The position numbers and the translations under genes are program-made. The notes beneath the pieces are model-generated. The model was not told the origin of the DNA. It did no database searches and saw only the letters and a list, made by a program, of their open reading frames with translations. Positions 27,711-40,509 of a stretch of 64,000 nt of DNA are shown piece after piece. Within the stretch, counting starts at the first letter, position 1. Each line of letters begins with the position of its first letter. Source of the stretch: Octopus bimaculoides (Eukaryota); assembly GCF_001194135.2 (NCBI RefSeq), contig NC_068982.1, positions 21,457,760 to 21,521,759 on the forward strand, read 5' to 3'.

Positions 27711-29035
27711 NNNNNNNNNNNNNNNNNNNNNNNNNNNNNNNNNNNNNNNNNNNNNNNNNNNNNNNNNNNNNNNNNNNNNNNNNNNNNNNNNNNNNNNNNN
27801 NNNNNNNNNNNNNNNNNNNNNNNNNNNNNNNNNNNNNNNNNNNNNNNNNNNNNNNNNNNNNNNNNNNNNNNNNNNNNNNNNNNNNNNNNNNNNNNNNNNN
27901 NNNNNNNNNNNNNNNNNNNNNNNNNNNNNNNNNNNNNNNNNNNNNNNNNNNNNNNNNNNNNNNNNNNNNNNNNNNNNNNNNNNNNNNNNNNNNNNNNNNN
28001 NNNNNNNNNNNNNNNNNNNNNNNNNNNNNNNNNNNNNNNNNNNNNNNNNNNNNNNNNNNNNNNNNNNNNNNNNNNNNNNNNNNNNNNNNNNNNNNNNNNN
28101 NNNNNNNNNNNNNNNNNNNNNNNNNNNNNNNNNNNNNNNNNNNNNNNNNNNNNNNNNNNNNNNNNNNNNNNNNNNNNNNNNNNNNNNNNNNNNNNNNNNN
28201 NNNNNNNNNNNNNNNNNNNNNNNNNNNNNNNNNNNNNNNNNNNNNNNNNNNNNNNNNNNNNNNNNNNNNNNNNNNNNNNNNNNNNNNNNNNNNNNNNNNN
28301 NNNNNNNNNNNNNNNNNNNNNNNNNNNNNNNNNNNNNNNNNNNNNNNNNNNNNNNNNNNNNNNNNNNNNNNNNNNNNNNNNNNNNNNNNNNNNNNNNNNN
28401 NNNNNNNNNNNNNNNNNNNNNNNNNNNNNNNNNNNNNNNNNNNNNNNNNNNNNNNNNNNNNNNNNNNNNNNNNNNNNNNNNNNNNNNNNNNNNNNNNNNN
28501 NNNNNNNNNNNNNNNNNNNNNNNNNNNNNNTATATATATATATATATATATATTAGATATATGTATATGTATGTGTGTGTATATACATACATATATTTGA
28601 GTGGGTGTACGTGTGTATCGTTCGCCTTCTTTCAGTGTGTTCTTTTAATTGACATAGAATCATCTAACAAGGTACCACTCATTGTTCATCCTCCTTCGTT
28701 GTTCTTCTTTTTTTTCTATTTCTATCAATAATCTATCTTTGTACATTATATCGATCTTGTTATCTATCAAAATCTAACTTTCAATCTTTTTTCTCTCTCT
28801 CTTCGTCTAGCAGTCTTACAAGATGTTACTATCTATCTTTGTAAATATGGATCGATAAAGCATGCATGCATATATACACACATATAAGCACATACATTCA
28901 CACATTCATACATACATACTGAAGATATATACATAAACGTACACCCGTACACACATAATACCCACATATATAAGACACATACATGAACGCACGCGTGTCA
29001 GTGTGTTGTCTATATCAGAAGAACGGGCATACTGT

Positions 29036-29078
<43 letters not shown>

Positions 29079-31118
29079 GTATTTATGTATGTGGGTATGT
29101 ATGTATGTATGTATGTATGTATGTACGTATGTGGAGAGAATGAGAGTAGGAGAGACTATGTGAAATGCAGAAAATGAAAGAGATTGATATATAGATAGAT
29201 AAATAGATCTTTCTATCAAAATATTATATGATTTTCAATTATTAATCTGACCAAATCTATATATCTATTTATCAATAAATCTATCGAGCTAGCAAGCTAT
29301 TTGGCTAGCTATCTCACTCACCATATATCCATCCATCCATCCATCTTGCGCCTTTTTGTCTGCATTTTCTGTAACAATCACCTGCTTCTATTTTTATCAT
29401 CGATTGCATTATCTATCGATCGATCCGTGCATATATCGAATATTCACAATCCTTGAGTTTCCAGTGTAACAATCCATCCATCCATTCATCCATCCGTCTA
29501 TTCTCTCCTCTTACTATCCACTGAATCATCATAAAGAACAGCTCTTTCTAACCTATCTCGGTCTTTCTCTCATTCTCATTTTGACTGTCGCGATATACAA
29601 AGGCTTATGAGAGTGTGTCTATGAGTATGTGTATCCGTCTGTTTGTCTGTGTGGGTGTATGAGCACACATCTATAGAATGAGATAGAGAAATATATAGAA
29701 TAGAGATAGAAAGAGAAAACAGTACACACACAGACACAAACACACATATACACACACACGCGTATTTGTCCATATAGTAGAGAGTGAGTAGAGTTACCAA
29801 GTATATTCCTATATGTAATTATATATGTTATGTAGAGAAAATAATTCTGATAAACATTCTTACATAGTTAAGAATTCATATAATCATAATTCAGACTGTT
29901 ATGCACATATGCCTATATATATAAATATATACTAAGTGTGTTAGCCTCTGGTGATTGTTGTCGTATGTCATGTTATCGTCCAGAATCTACAACTTAGACA
30001 TAAGTATAAGCATACAGACTTTAAGGCTTCTTCAATATTTAACACAGACTCAAACAGACTTAATATTCGTTTCTACGTAGATATTAGTATATATAAAAAA
30101 TTTAGATCTATTACATTTTCTTTAACAGCAAGACCACTATTACTATAGAGAAATAACAATTTTTGGTCGATCTGCTCCAACATTAGGAATACGTATATAA
30201 TAATTGTTGAAGACTTTATATATGTTATCGTCGCACTCAACATCTGTCTGGAGAAGATATATTTCAGAAAACCGTAAAGGACAACGGTTAATTAGAAAAT
30301 TTCAACTAGAGTTTTGTTTCGAAATTACGCAAAACATTCCAGAATTTTGTGGATGTAATAACAACATATATTCACATGTATCCTCAATCAGACATATTTA
30401 GCGTTGAGATTCAATTTTAAAATTCTGTTTCTCAGAGTCTATGCATTTTTGTTGTAGACCAAGGGTGAAGATGGTAATCCACCTTTGTGGGTTTTCTGAA
30501 ACTCGGCATACCATTTTCTGACAACAGTTTACTATATATCCTGATCGTGTAATAATTAATCAAATTAACTTCTATCTTTGATATATTGCGTTCTTGTTTT
30601 TTTTTTTATTTTTATCTCATTACGAAAAGTAAATCCTCATATTCACATGCTGATATATGACCTACGTTGGACCCCTTATTCACATAACCACCGAATCTGG
30701 AGTTTAACTGTTGTCTATCCATAGCACTTACTCAGCATTACCTGAAACCTTTGGATCTAATTGACACCACTATAGCTCATAACCTCATATATATATCGCT
30801 CATATATATATATATATATATATATATANNNNNNNNNNNNNNNNNNNNNNNNNNNNNNNNNNNNNNNNNNNNNNNNNNNNNNNNNNNNNNNNNNNNNNNN
30901 NNNNNNNNNNNNNNNNNNNNNNNNNNNNNNNNNNNNNNNNNNNNNNNNNNNNNNNNNNNNNNNNNNNNNNNNNNNNNNNNNNNNNNNNNNNNNNNNNNNN
31001 NNNNNNNNNNNNNNNNNNNNNNNNNNNNNNNNNNNNNNNNNNNNNNNNNNNNNNNNNNNNNNNNNNNNNNNNNNNNNNNNNNNNNNNNNNNNNNNNNNNN
31101 NNNNNNNNNNNNNNNNNN

Positions 31119-31158
<40 letters not shown>

Positions 31159-31349
31159 GCATGTATGCATGTATGTATTCGAGTTTATAGCTCAAAGCAT
31201 GCTACTATACATGGAAAATTATACTTGCTTGTTTACCTGCACATTTTTCAAAACGTATACACATATAAGCTGTTGCTAATATTGCTACTGACGTCCCTGC
31301 TACTATGGTGACCGTTCGGAGAGCTGCTGATCCTGCTGTTGCTGCTGCT

Positions 31350-32125
31350 AGGGTCAGCCAATACTTTGGCTTCATAGATGACTCCCTTGGTTTCGCAGTG
31401 CCCCCCCCACCTCACTTTCATCTTTTGCGGTCCCTACCTGAACATCCTGCCTTCGCTCGTGGTCTAGAGGTTCAAACTAGAATGCTCTTAATATTTGGGG
31501 CACAGCTAAAGGAGACCCTAAGGTTGTGCATGTTGTAAATGCGTCCGTATCTACGTGAAATAGTAACATGTTTATCTAGTAACTTAAGGAACATCCTACC
31601 TACAGACATTTTTACGTTAAGAGAGAAGTGGGGGAAAACCAAATGATATTCCTGTAGCGCTTCCTTCAACGGATAATAGGGCCCGGCATGTAGGACATGC
31701 GGTCCCTAAATCAGCTAGCAGCTAGGGCCTCGTTATAGTAGGGGGCTGCTCTATCAAAAATCGTTTTGTTGATGTAAAGCTTCGTTTTCTTCTTACTAAT
31801 ACCCTTTACGAGGGTTTTGAACACGATGGGTTGGTGACAGGGGTCTGTTTTAATGTACAATTTACGAAATTCTTGCTAGCCTATTGGAACTCACGGGATA
31901 GCAGGGCCACCGACGATCGATAGCCAAAATGATACATCCCCGCCTTCTTGATATCGGTGATGGATATCCAAGGGGTGACTATCCCTTTTGTTGACATAGA
32001 GTAACGATAGCATTTCATCCTCCACATTCGAGAGAGGTCACTCACTAGAGAGGCCTTAGCCAACCGGGTTTTGGATCTGATGATACGCCATAAAGCGAAG
32101 CCCTTTATGGACTTGAAACCCATAA
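31350..32125 (-). mobile_element. Decayed Penelope-like retroelement (RT C-terminus, linker, start of GIY-YIG)
   Basis: Minus-strand pieces LYIKTDPCHQPIVFKTLVKGI, FDRAAPYYNEAL, FPHFSLNVKMSVGRMFLKLLDKH...IYNMHNLRVSFSCAPNIKSIL and GHCETKGVIYEAKV follow the conserved PLE order (cf. FNPPYS..VGK.FLKLIDKHF..N.VKVSYSC.PN). Stops and frameshifts present. Confidence 0.8.
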
Positions 32126-32290
32126 ATTGTTAATCCCATAAACCGGTTTTATCTTAGTTTAATATATACAGCTCTGTAACTTTTAGTATGCTTCTGTCTT
32201 GGATTTATGTGTACGGACGCTACAAATATACTTACATACATGCATACATACATANNNNNNNNNNCATACATACATACATACGTACATATA

Positions 32291-32520
32291 AAAAGGTAAA
32301 AGGGAACAGTTTTGATGAATTAATGCGGAACTTACAGCGCTTGTACCCTAACTATAAATTCACATTTGTACATCAAAAACTTACAAATATTAGGTTTCAC
32401 AAAAAAAGAGCAAAAGAAGCTGATGCGGATTCTCCAAATCCAGGCACAATGAAGATATCTAAGATAATCCGACGATTCTCCATGTGGGCTTCGTTCGATG
32501 AATGGGTGCGAACACTTGGG
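32291..32520 (+). mobile_element. Short 3' fragment of an RLE LINE related to 3951-4917
   Basis: FDELMRNLQRLYPNYKFTFV and, after a frameshift, LQILGFTKKEQKKLMRILQIQ parallel YAELLRNLQLLYP...KLGFSKSEKIKLV of the 4-kb copy. Preceded by (CATA)n, followed by degenerate CATA/TA repeat. Confidence 0.7.
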
Positions 32521-32642
32521 CATGCATTTATACATATATATATGTATACATGCATACATGGATGGAACACTCGACAGTTTAGCCAATACACCGATTCAAC
32601 CACATATTCACAATCACCGAGAACTCTCTTAAGTATCTTACT

Positions 32643-32644
<2 letters not shown>

Positions 32645-32708
<64 letters not shown>

Positions 32709-32711
32709 CTT

Positions 32712-32744
<33 letters not shown>

Positions 32745-32774
32745 TTCTCTCTCTCTCTTTCTCTCTCTCCCTCT

Positions 32775-32824
<50 letters not shown>

Positions 32825-32830
32825 TACTTT
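32645..32830. repeat. (CT)n microsatellite
   Basis: Visible directly in the sequence. Confidence 0.97.
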
Positions 32831-32996
32831 ATCTTTCTTTCTCGGTGTGTGTCTCTCGCTCTCACTCTTTCTTTGTCTTTCTTCAACTCTGTCTTTCTGT
32901 TTCTCTCAGTGTCTCTCACTATTCTCTCTTCATCTATCTATCTACCTTGTCACTTTGTTAGCGATTGGCTGTTACTCTCTTTTGAATTTAAATAAA

Positions 32997-33285
32997 TACA
33001 GGCGTTGCTCTGTGGTATGAAGCTTGCTTTCCAATCACATGGCTCCGGGTTCAGTTCGACTGCGTGGCACCTTGGGAAAGTGTCTTCTACTATAGCTTTA
33101 CGTTGACGCAGCTGGAAAACTGCCGTCTGTTTTTATGTTCCTTAACATGGCGTTTCGACAAATGAAGATCAATAAGATAAGTATCAGATTTGTAAATAGG
33201 AACTGGTTTCTATATGATCGACTAAAACACTTCAAAACACTGCCGGAAAATGATAGCAGCTCTAGGATGGAAACAAGTAAAAGAA
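32997..33285 (+). mobile_element. Family A SINE, internally deleted and diverged
   Basis: Head CCGGGTTCAGTTCGACTGCGTGGCACCTTGGGAAAGTGTCTTCTACTATAGC; tail GAAACAAGTAAAAGA. Confidence 0.8.
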
Positions 33286-33772
33286 TAATTGTGTGTGTGC
33301 GCGCGCATGTATGTGTGTGCGAGTGAGTGGGAGAGAAAGAGAGAGAGAGAGAGAAAGACGGAGAGATAGAGGAGAATTAGTATGTGAGATTACAAAACCA
33401 AGTTGTTGCATTAGACGATGAGTGAAACAAATAAAAGCATAAAAGCAAAAAAATAATAATAATAAAGTCTATCTTTCTTAATCGTAAACTTGAGAATGCA
33501 GCCAAAGGGCCTTACGAACGAAACAAGGTTTCGATCGGGAACAGCGACTCCCGTTTATCATGCACGTAAATAAACAATAAACAGACCCACAAACCGGGAA
33601 CAGACGTTTGCTTTGAGATATTTGCGTAATTTTATCATAAAATTAACAATATGCGTGTGTGTACGTGTGTGTGTATGTATGAACGTATGTATGTGTGGAT
33701 GAATACGTTTTTGTATCTATGCGTGTATATATACTTCTGTGTGTATGTGTGTGTGTGTGTATGTGTGTGTGT

Positions 33773-34004
33773 TATTTCTTTACTACCCACAAGGGGCTAC
33801 ACACAGAGGGGACACACAAGGACAGAAAAACGGATTAAGTCGATTATACCGACTCCAGTGCGTAACTGGTACTTATTTAATCGACCCCGAAAGGATGAAA
33901 GGCAAAGTCGACCTCGGCGGAATTTGAACTCAGAACGTAGCAGCAGACGAAATACCGCTAAGCATTTCGCCCGGCGTGCTAACGTTTCTGCCAGCTCGCC
34001 GCCT
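33773..34004 (-). mobile_element. Family B tRNA-headed SINE, full length, young
   Basis: Minus strand: AGGCGGCGAGCTGGCAGAAACGTTAG (A-box-like), GAGTTCAAATTCC (B-box-like), central GCCTTTCATCCTTTCGGGGTCGATTAAATAAGTACCAG, which I recall as resembling the MetaSINE-type conserved domain (not verified). Confidence 0.92.
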
Positions 34005-34795
34005 AAAGATGCATATACTCNNNNNNNNNNNNNNNNNNNNNNNNNNNNNNNNNNNNNNNNNNNNNNNNNNNNNNNNNNNNNNNNNNNNNNNNNNNNNNNN
34101 NNNNNNNNNNNNNNNNNNNNNNNNNNNNNNNNNNNNNNNNNNNNNNNNNNNNNNNNNNNNNNNNNNNNNNNNNNNNNNNNNNNNNNNNNNNNNNNNNNNN
34201 NNNNNNNNNNNNNNNNNNNNNNNNNNNNNNNNNNNNNNNNNNNNNNNNNNNNNNNNNNNNNNNNNNNNNNNNNNNNNNNNNNNNNNNNNNNNNNNNNNNN
34301 NNNNNNNNNNNNNNNNNNNNNNNNNNNNNNNNNNNNNNNNNNNNNNNNNNNNNNNNNNNNNNNNNNNNNNNNNNNNNNNNNNNNNNNNNNNNNNNNNNNN
34401 NNNNNNNNNNNNNNNNNNNNNNNNNNNNNNNNNNNNNNNNNNNNNNNNNNNNNNNNNNNNNNNNNNNNNNNNNNNNNNNNNNNNNNNNNNNNNNNNNNNN
34501 NNNNNNNNNNNNNNNNNNNNNNNNNNNNNNNNNNNNNNNNNNNNNNNNNNNNNNNNNNNNNNNNNNNNNNNNNNNNNNNNNNNNNNNNNNNNNNNNNNNN
34601 NNNNNNNNNNNNNNNNNNNNNNNNNNNNNNNNNNNNNNNNNNNNNNNNNNNNNNNNNNNNNNNNNNNNNNNNNNNNNNNNNNNNNNNNNNNNNNNCAGCG
34701 CACTCCATCATTGACTCTTAAACCATAACCAAAGTATGGTTATCGATAATTTCTTCCTAATAACGAAATTACCATCGGAAAAAAAAAACAACTGT

Positions 34796-35050
34796 GCGGT
34801 GGCAGAAATCGGTAGAGCAACGTACAAACTGTTTTGAAGTATTGCGTTACGTGGTTTTTACGTCTTGATTTCAAATCCCATTGGGGGTTCTTTTAGCCTT
34901 TCATCCTTCCAGGGTCGATAATATATTAATAAATAAATAAATAAATAGATAAACACTCAGATAACCAAACAAGTCAGGAGATCGATTCTAACGACGTTTA
35001 TTTCTTGTGCTTACAAATTTGTGGGTGGCCTGTTGCCAAAATTAGAAATC
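34796..35050 (+). mobile_element. Family B SINE, diverged
   Basis: GGTGGCAGAAATCGGTAG head and GCCTTTCATCCTTCCAGGGTCGATAA central motif. Confidence 0.75.
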
Positions 35051-35844
35051 AATCGTAAGATTACCTTTTAATGNNNNNNNNNNTATATATATATACACAC
35101 ACACATACACATATATACAAGAATACAGACAAATGTAGATGGATCGATAGTACAACAAATTTATACATAAACATAACTGTATGTTATAACCATATGTATA
35201 TACATATATATACATATATATACATACATGTGTGTGTGTGCGTGTGTGTAAGATTATATACATATGTCGGTACATGTGTGCTTGCGTGTGTGTACATGTG
35301 GATATTAGATTCAAGTAGACAGACAGAGAGGAAGGTAATATCAGTTTTACACCGCTATCTAAGAGTCTAGATGTTTTCCTCTTTTTTTTTCTTTCCTTGT
35401 AAATATGTAGAATGCCTGTCGCATAGTCGGTCTCTTTCTGTTCCATTTATGCCATCTCCACTATGCAGCTTCCAATGTTATTAAACTAAAGATAGCAGCA
35501 ATAGTATTTACCATACCAGTCAACATACAAATTGGAGCTGCGGTTCTTCCTGATGCTGGTGATGCTGTCGTTGGTTCAGCTGCTTCTGCTGCTTCTGTTA
35601 CTCAGACATTTCCATATACACAACGCATGCCTTGTAATTTCAAAATTATAAGGAATAACAGCTTGTCTAGCGTCGCTGTTATTCTCTTTCTTGCTAGCAT
35701 TTGTGATTATAATGCCTAGACTATTGCTATTTCTGTTAAATGTTTTTTCTTGTGGATGGTTTTGTTGTTGTTGTTGATGATGAGGATGATGATGATGATG
35801 TTGGTATTGGTGATTATGTCGAGGATATTGTACTCCACGACTAC

Positions 35845-35849
35845 TGTTA

Positions 35850-35894
<45 letters not shown>

Positions 35895-35908
35895 TAATAA
35901 TAATAATA

Positions 35909-35984
<76 letters not shown>

Positions 35985-36087
35985 GAAGAAGAAGAAGAAG
36001 GATGAAAGACAAAGTCTTAAGGATGAAAGACAAAGTCGACCTCGGCGGAAATTGTATAACAACAACAACAGCAATAATAATAATAAT

Positions 36088-36142
<55 letters not shown>
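35845..36142. repeat. (AAT)n array containing a family B SINE scrap (36000-36054)
   Basis: GGATGAAAGACAAAGTC occurs twice (36000-36016, 36021-36037), followed by GACCTCGGCGGAAATTG. Confidence 0.9.
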
Positions 36143-36146
<4 letters not shown>

Positions 36147-36238
36147 TTCCTATCATAGTAGGCGCCTTAGGTATGATAAAGAAATATTCAGACAAATACA
36201 TAACAAAAACACCAGGAATTACAAATATATATAACATA
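36143..36238 (+). mobile_element. Dong/R4-type RLE LINE 3' fragment, copy 1 (runs into a gap)
   Basis: TIPIIVGALGMIKKYSDKYITKTPGITNIYNI, directly after (AAT)n. Confidence 0.8.
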
Positions 36239-36665
36239 NNNNNNNNNNNNNNNNNNNNNNNNNNNNNNNNNNNNNNNNNNNNNNNNNNNNNNNNNNNNNN
36301 NNNNNNNNNNNNNNNNNNNNNNNNNNNNNNNNNNNNNNNNNNNNNNNNNNNNNNNNNNNNNNNNNNNNNNNNNNNNNNNNNNNNNNNNNNNNNNNNNNNN
36401 NNNNNNNNNNNNNNNNNNNNNNNNNNNNNNNNNNNNNNNNNNNNNNNNNNNNNNNNNNNNNNNNNNNNNNNNNNNNNNNNNNNNNNNNNNNNNNNNNNNN
36501 NNNNNNNNNNNNNNNNNNNNNNNNNNNNNNNNNNNNNNNNNNNNNNNNNNNNNNNNNNNNNNNNNNNNNNNNNNNNNNNNNNNNNNNNNNNNNNNNNNNN
36601 NNNNNNNNNNNNNNNNNNNNNNNNNNNNNNNNNNNNNNNNNNNNNNNNNNNNNNNNNNNNNNNNN

Positions 36666-36738
<73 letters not shown>

Positions 36739-36742
<4 letters not shown>

Positions 36743-36997
36743 TTCCTATCATAGTAGGCGCCTTAGGTATGATAAAGAAATATTCAGACAAATACATAAC
36801 AAAAACACCAGGGCTTACAAATATATATAACATACAGAAAATTCCACTACTGGGCAATGCACAAACTACGCAAAAAACACTTTCAATACAGTAACCATAA
36901 GAGCATCACAGCAAACCACAGCACGTACCCAAGCCAGACAGAGCTGCGCTCGGTAGTGAGGTGAAAGCACGCTATAAAAATATAACCACTGAATAAA
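36739..36997 (+). mobile_element. Dong/R4-type RLE LINE 3' end with 3' UTR, copy 2
   Basis: TIPIIVGALGMIKKYSDKYITKTPGLTNIYNIQKIPLLGNAQTTQKTLSIQ* (stop 36892-36894) matches the R4-clade C-terminus (PIIVGALG...QK..LLG.A...KTL). About 100-bp UTR; (AAT)n on both sides. Confidence 0.88.
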
Positions 36998-37065
<68 letters not shown>

Positions 37066-37068
37066 TAA

Positions 37069-37127
<59 letters not shown>
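36998..37127. repeat. (AAT)n then (AGT)n microsatellite
   Basis: Visible directly in the sequence. Confidence 0.97.
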
Positions 37128-37680
37128 TTTCACGGGTAGAATGTGATATTTAGGCTTCATTGGCAGTGTTCTTACACATGATGTCTAGATGGAAACATTG
37201 GGGATTGCAAAAAGTTACAAAATCAATAACCATAAGAATTAGTGTAATGCAAAAAGAAAACATTTTAATAGTTGCGAGACCGATATCAGAAACAACGATT
37301 TGGGTGCCCTACCTGCAAGCAGCAGTGCGGAAATGCAGGCTACTACTGTAAAGGACTGAACCCATTGGAGAAAGTAAATAAACAAGCTGGTGCTTAAGTG
37401 CTGTAACATAAGGAAATCATCAAGGAGCGTTTTCAGGAAACGAATAAGTATCTTGCATGTCATTGGTGTATTTGTGTTACTCGAGCAAATGTTAGGAGGT
37501 CAAGCATTTGCAATACGGAACAATGGATGGCTTTCCAAAACAGAAATTGAAGTAATCAGGAGAGCGATGGCAAGCTGTAGAACTGACATTATCCCTGGTG
37601 AATTAAAAATTGATGCCAACGGCATTGCACAAACTATGGTGATCAAAGAACAGAGAACAAAAAGGAACCGGTCCGTGTGA
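37128..37680 (+). mobile_element. Decayed 5' region / N-terminal domain of an RLE (R4/Dong-type) LINE
   Basis: WRK*INKLVLKCC...FRKR...IGVFVLLEQMLGGQAFAIRNNGWLSKTEIEVIRR resembles the N-terminal motif I recall from invertebrate RLE LINE ORFs (W..E.NK.V..C...RKR...EQ.L..QA..IR.NGWL..E.E.IRR). Confidence 0.6.
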
Positions 37681-37789
37681 ACACAGTCAATGTTGTCGTG
37701 TTCGATTTAATGGAAGGATTTTAATTGATCTAAATTTGTGTCACGCACGTCTGGTTTCTCACGCATCTTTTCTATGGTGTTTCTATGGT

Positions 37790-39020
37790 GTTTCACATGG
37801 TGGTCGCGGGTAGATTTGCTTGCAGAGAGAGCGCTTGTACGCCACTTCAATGAACTCCTCAATGATGTGCGCTAACGTTTTATCTAAAGTCTTGGCCAAA
37901 CTAATGGAATCTACGTATACCAATATTTTGGACCGAAAATTATGAATATTTTCCCTCTTCTTTGGATCTTTTCTTAGCAGAACCCACACTCCACGAAACA
38001 CAGAGCTTGGATTTTTCCTATTTGTGCAGTTTGATATCGTAGATATCAGGCGAGCTGTTTCCAAATAAATCCGGCGTATAAAATGTAAAGCTCAGTAGGC
38101 AGGCCATCCAAACCCGACAATTTGCTCACGTACAACCAAATTCACTTCCGATCTGCTCATCTTATGACTGCGACCAATATACCGAGACAAGCGACAGGCC
38201 GTAGAGCTAGGCACTAACATTCTTTCATTCAATATCTCTAATTCGCCGGTGTGTGCTGGAATTCGATCACATCTTCCCCAGTTTGAGTTACATGCACCCA
38301 TTGATGTCCGCCAAAATAGGGTCGTGTCAATGTCTCACCCCTCCGCGTCTCAGGTCTCATCGTACAACTTTCATCCATTCGTGCTTAACAGCAAGCTTCT
38401 TAGCTCTGAAAACGTTTCCTTCGTGTTAGACTTGAAGAACTGGACAAAGGCCACTTTCGCTGCGGATACTTCGGTTGCAATGCCTTTCCACGGTGCCACC
38501 GCTATGTTTTTAAAGAGGTCGCTTTCTACTTCTATCATTATAATCTTACTAAGCTTCATCGATTTTAATCTAATAATCCTATTTAAGGAGAACCATCATT
38601 TTGTGTTAAGAATTGCACCTGTCAACGACCGGCTAATTAATTTGCTAAGTAATTTCCTAATCCGGTCTCTGTAAGTTTGGCACGAGGAAGATGAAGCGTC
38701 CAGCTTTCAGTAAATAGATCTCTACCTACAAAACCTCTCTCCCTCAGATCACACGCTTTTGTTTCGTGCCGTCAACGATTTCATATTATAAACAAAATAT
38801 GCTATCCTTGGCTTCGTGAAATTTCTATCTGGATACGATCTGGAAGAAAGGATGCGGTTTATCCATCCACACATTGGCATATTCGAGAAATACAGTCGGT
38901 ACTTGTTAGACAGGTTGACCCATCTGAGGTAACATTTTATCAGATCACTAACAGGAAGGAGTTGGACAATCTGAGGGCAACCTCTTGGCAGCTCCTCATG
39001 TTTAGGACCAGCAGCTTATC
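37790..39020 (-). mobile_element. Decayed L1/Tx1-type LINE ORF2 (APE endonuclease C-half, linker, start of RT)
   Basis: SSRSYPDR, TYRDRI...SLTGAILNTK*W, and RT entry PSSVFRGVWVLLRKDPKKRENIHNFRSKILVYVDSISLAKTL (cf. GV..LL.K.....NFRPI.LLN.DYKILAK). Multiple stops. Confidence 0.8.
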
Positions 39021-40509
39021 TTTCCTCTGAAGTCGTTTGCTCTTTTGGGGGTACTTATTTTTTCAAGATATTGTGTGTATGCAGAAATGTGATTAATTAA
39101 TGTAATAAAGTTATTATGCGTGATGCTTGTAATTTGATGTATGGGATCCATTAGATTGCTGTATTACTTATATTTATGGCAGTATAATTAATGATTCATG
39201 TTTTGTTCGTGTTGCGGTATGTTATCTGACTAATAATGTATGTGAATAGGTTATGCTTTTGCTTGTAACAGTAGTGTCTATCATGGTGAAATATTTAATG
39301 GAACTGATAGTGTTTGTGTAACTGTTGTCGGGATGGTATTCGCCAATGGTTGCTCAAGCATCTCACCTGTTTGTTCGTACCTGTCATTTTTGTGCTGCTT
39401 TTTTTCTCTCTTTTCTCGCATGGATACCTTTTTACCTGTTCACAGTCACCTTCACCGCCATGACATGTCTAAGTGGTCCGAAATGGATGGACATGCATTA
39501 GGAAGTTATTGACATTTTGGTAATTGCTATTTCGGGCTTCCAGTTCAGTTACTGTTGGTGGTGATTCGATCGCTCTTGAGGGTCGTATTTCTGTTGTTGC
39601 TTTTGTTTCCACACTTGGTGCCTTAGATACTTCACGTGTTGCTCCCAATCTTGTGGCTGATATTGCAACCACTGTTGTTGCAGCTGCATGCAGTTATTGC
39701 AGCTGCTGCTGCTGTTGTTGTTGTTATTGGTTTTGGAGTGGTAATGTAGTTATAGTAGTGTAGTGTGGTAGGTGGTTGCAGCGAAAGAAGGATTTTAATT
39801 TCAAAATATCTTTCAGTCATCCACTCTTGCTGGGTGGTCGAGAAGGTGATAATTCTTTCGATACGTTCAGTAGGGATTAACATTTTTTTTAATAGTTCAC
39901 TCAGTGACGTGACTAAGAAAATCAATCAATTTTCTCTGGTTCTGGTCAAATAAGAAAGAAGCTAGGAGCAAATAAGAAAGAAACTAGAGTGCTGAAAAGG
40001 AAAACAAGGCAGAGAGGCACGAAACCTATATACCAAATTCAGATTCAGCGACAAATGAGGGTAACAGCAGTAATAAAAATAGATGCAGTAGTAAAATCAA
40101 ATAAAATCATGTAAGAAGTACTTCTCAAAAGACACGCAAGTCTGTTTGGAATCGAGTTGCACGTGCCCCTCTCGATCCAGCAAAGACCAAACTGTAGCCG
40201 TGTTTCAGCGCGGTGGTTTTGCTACTTGATGTATTGAAGAGCACTTTTTGTATGTCTTTCGTTCTTAGCGTTGAAGAATTGGTCAAGGGTCAATCTCAGT
40301 ACCATCATATGAGTTGAAATGTCTTTTCGAAACGCTTCTTCTAGATTACTAATTAGGTCAAACCCTCTACTTTACAATTCTTTATAACTATTTCCTACCT
40401 AAACCTTATACATTATAACCGAACAGTCCTTTTAAGGGCAAGCCGACATCGGTTGTCGACGATTTTCCCCATCACATCTTAACTAGTTTTCCGATCTAAT
40501 CTCTATAAA

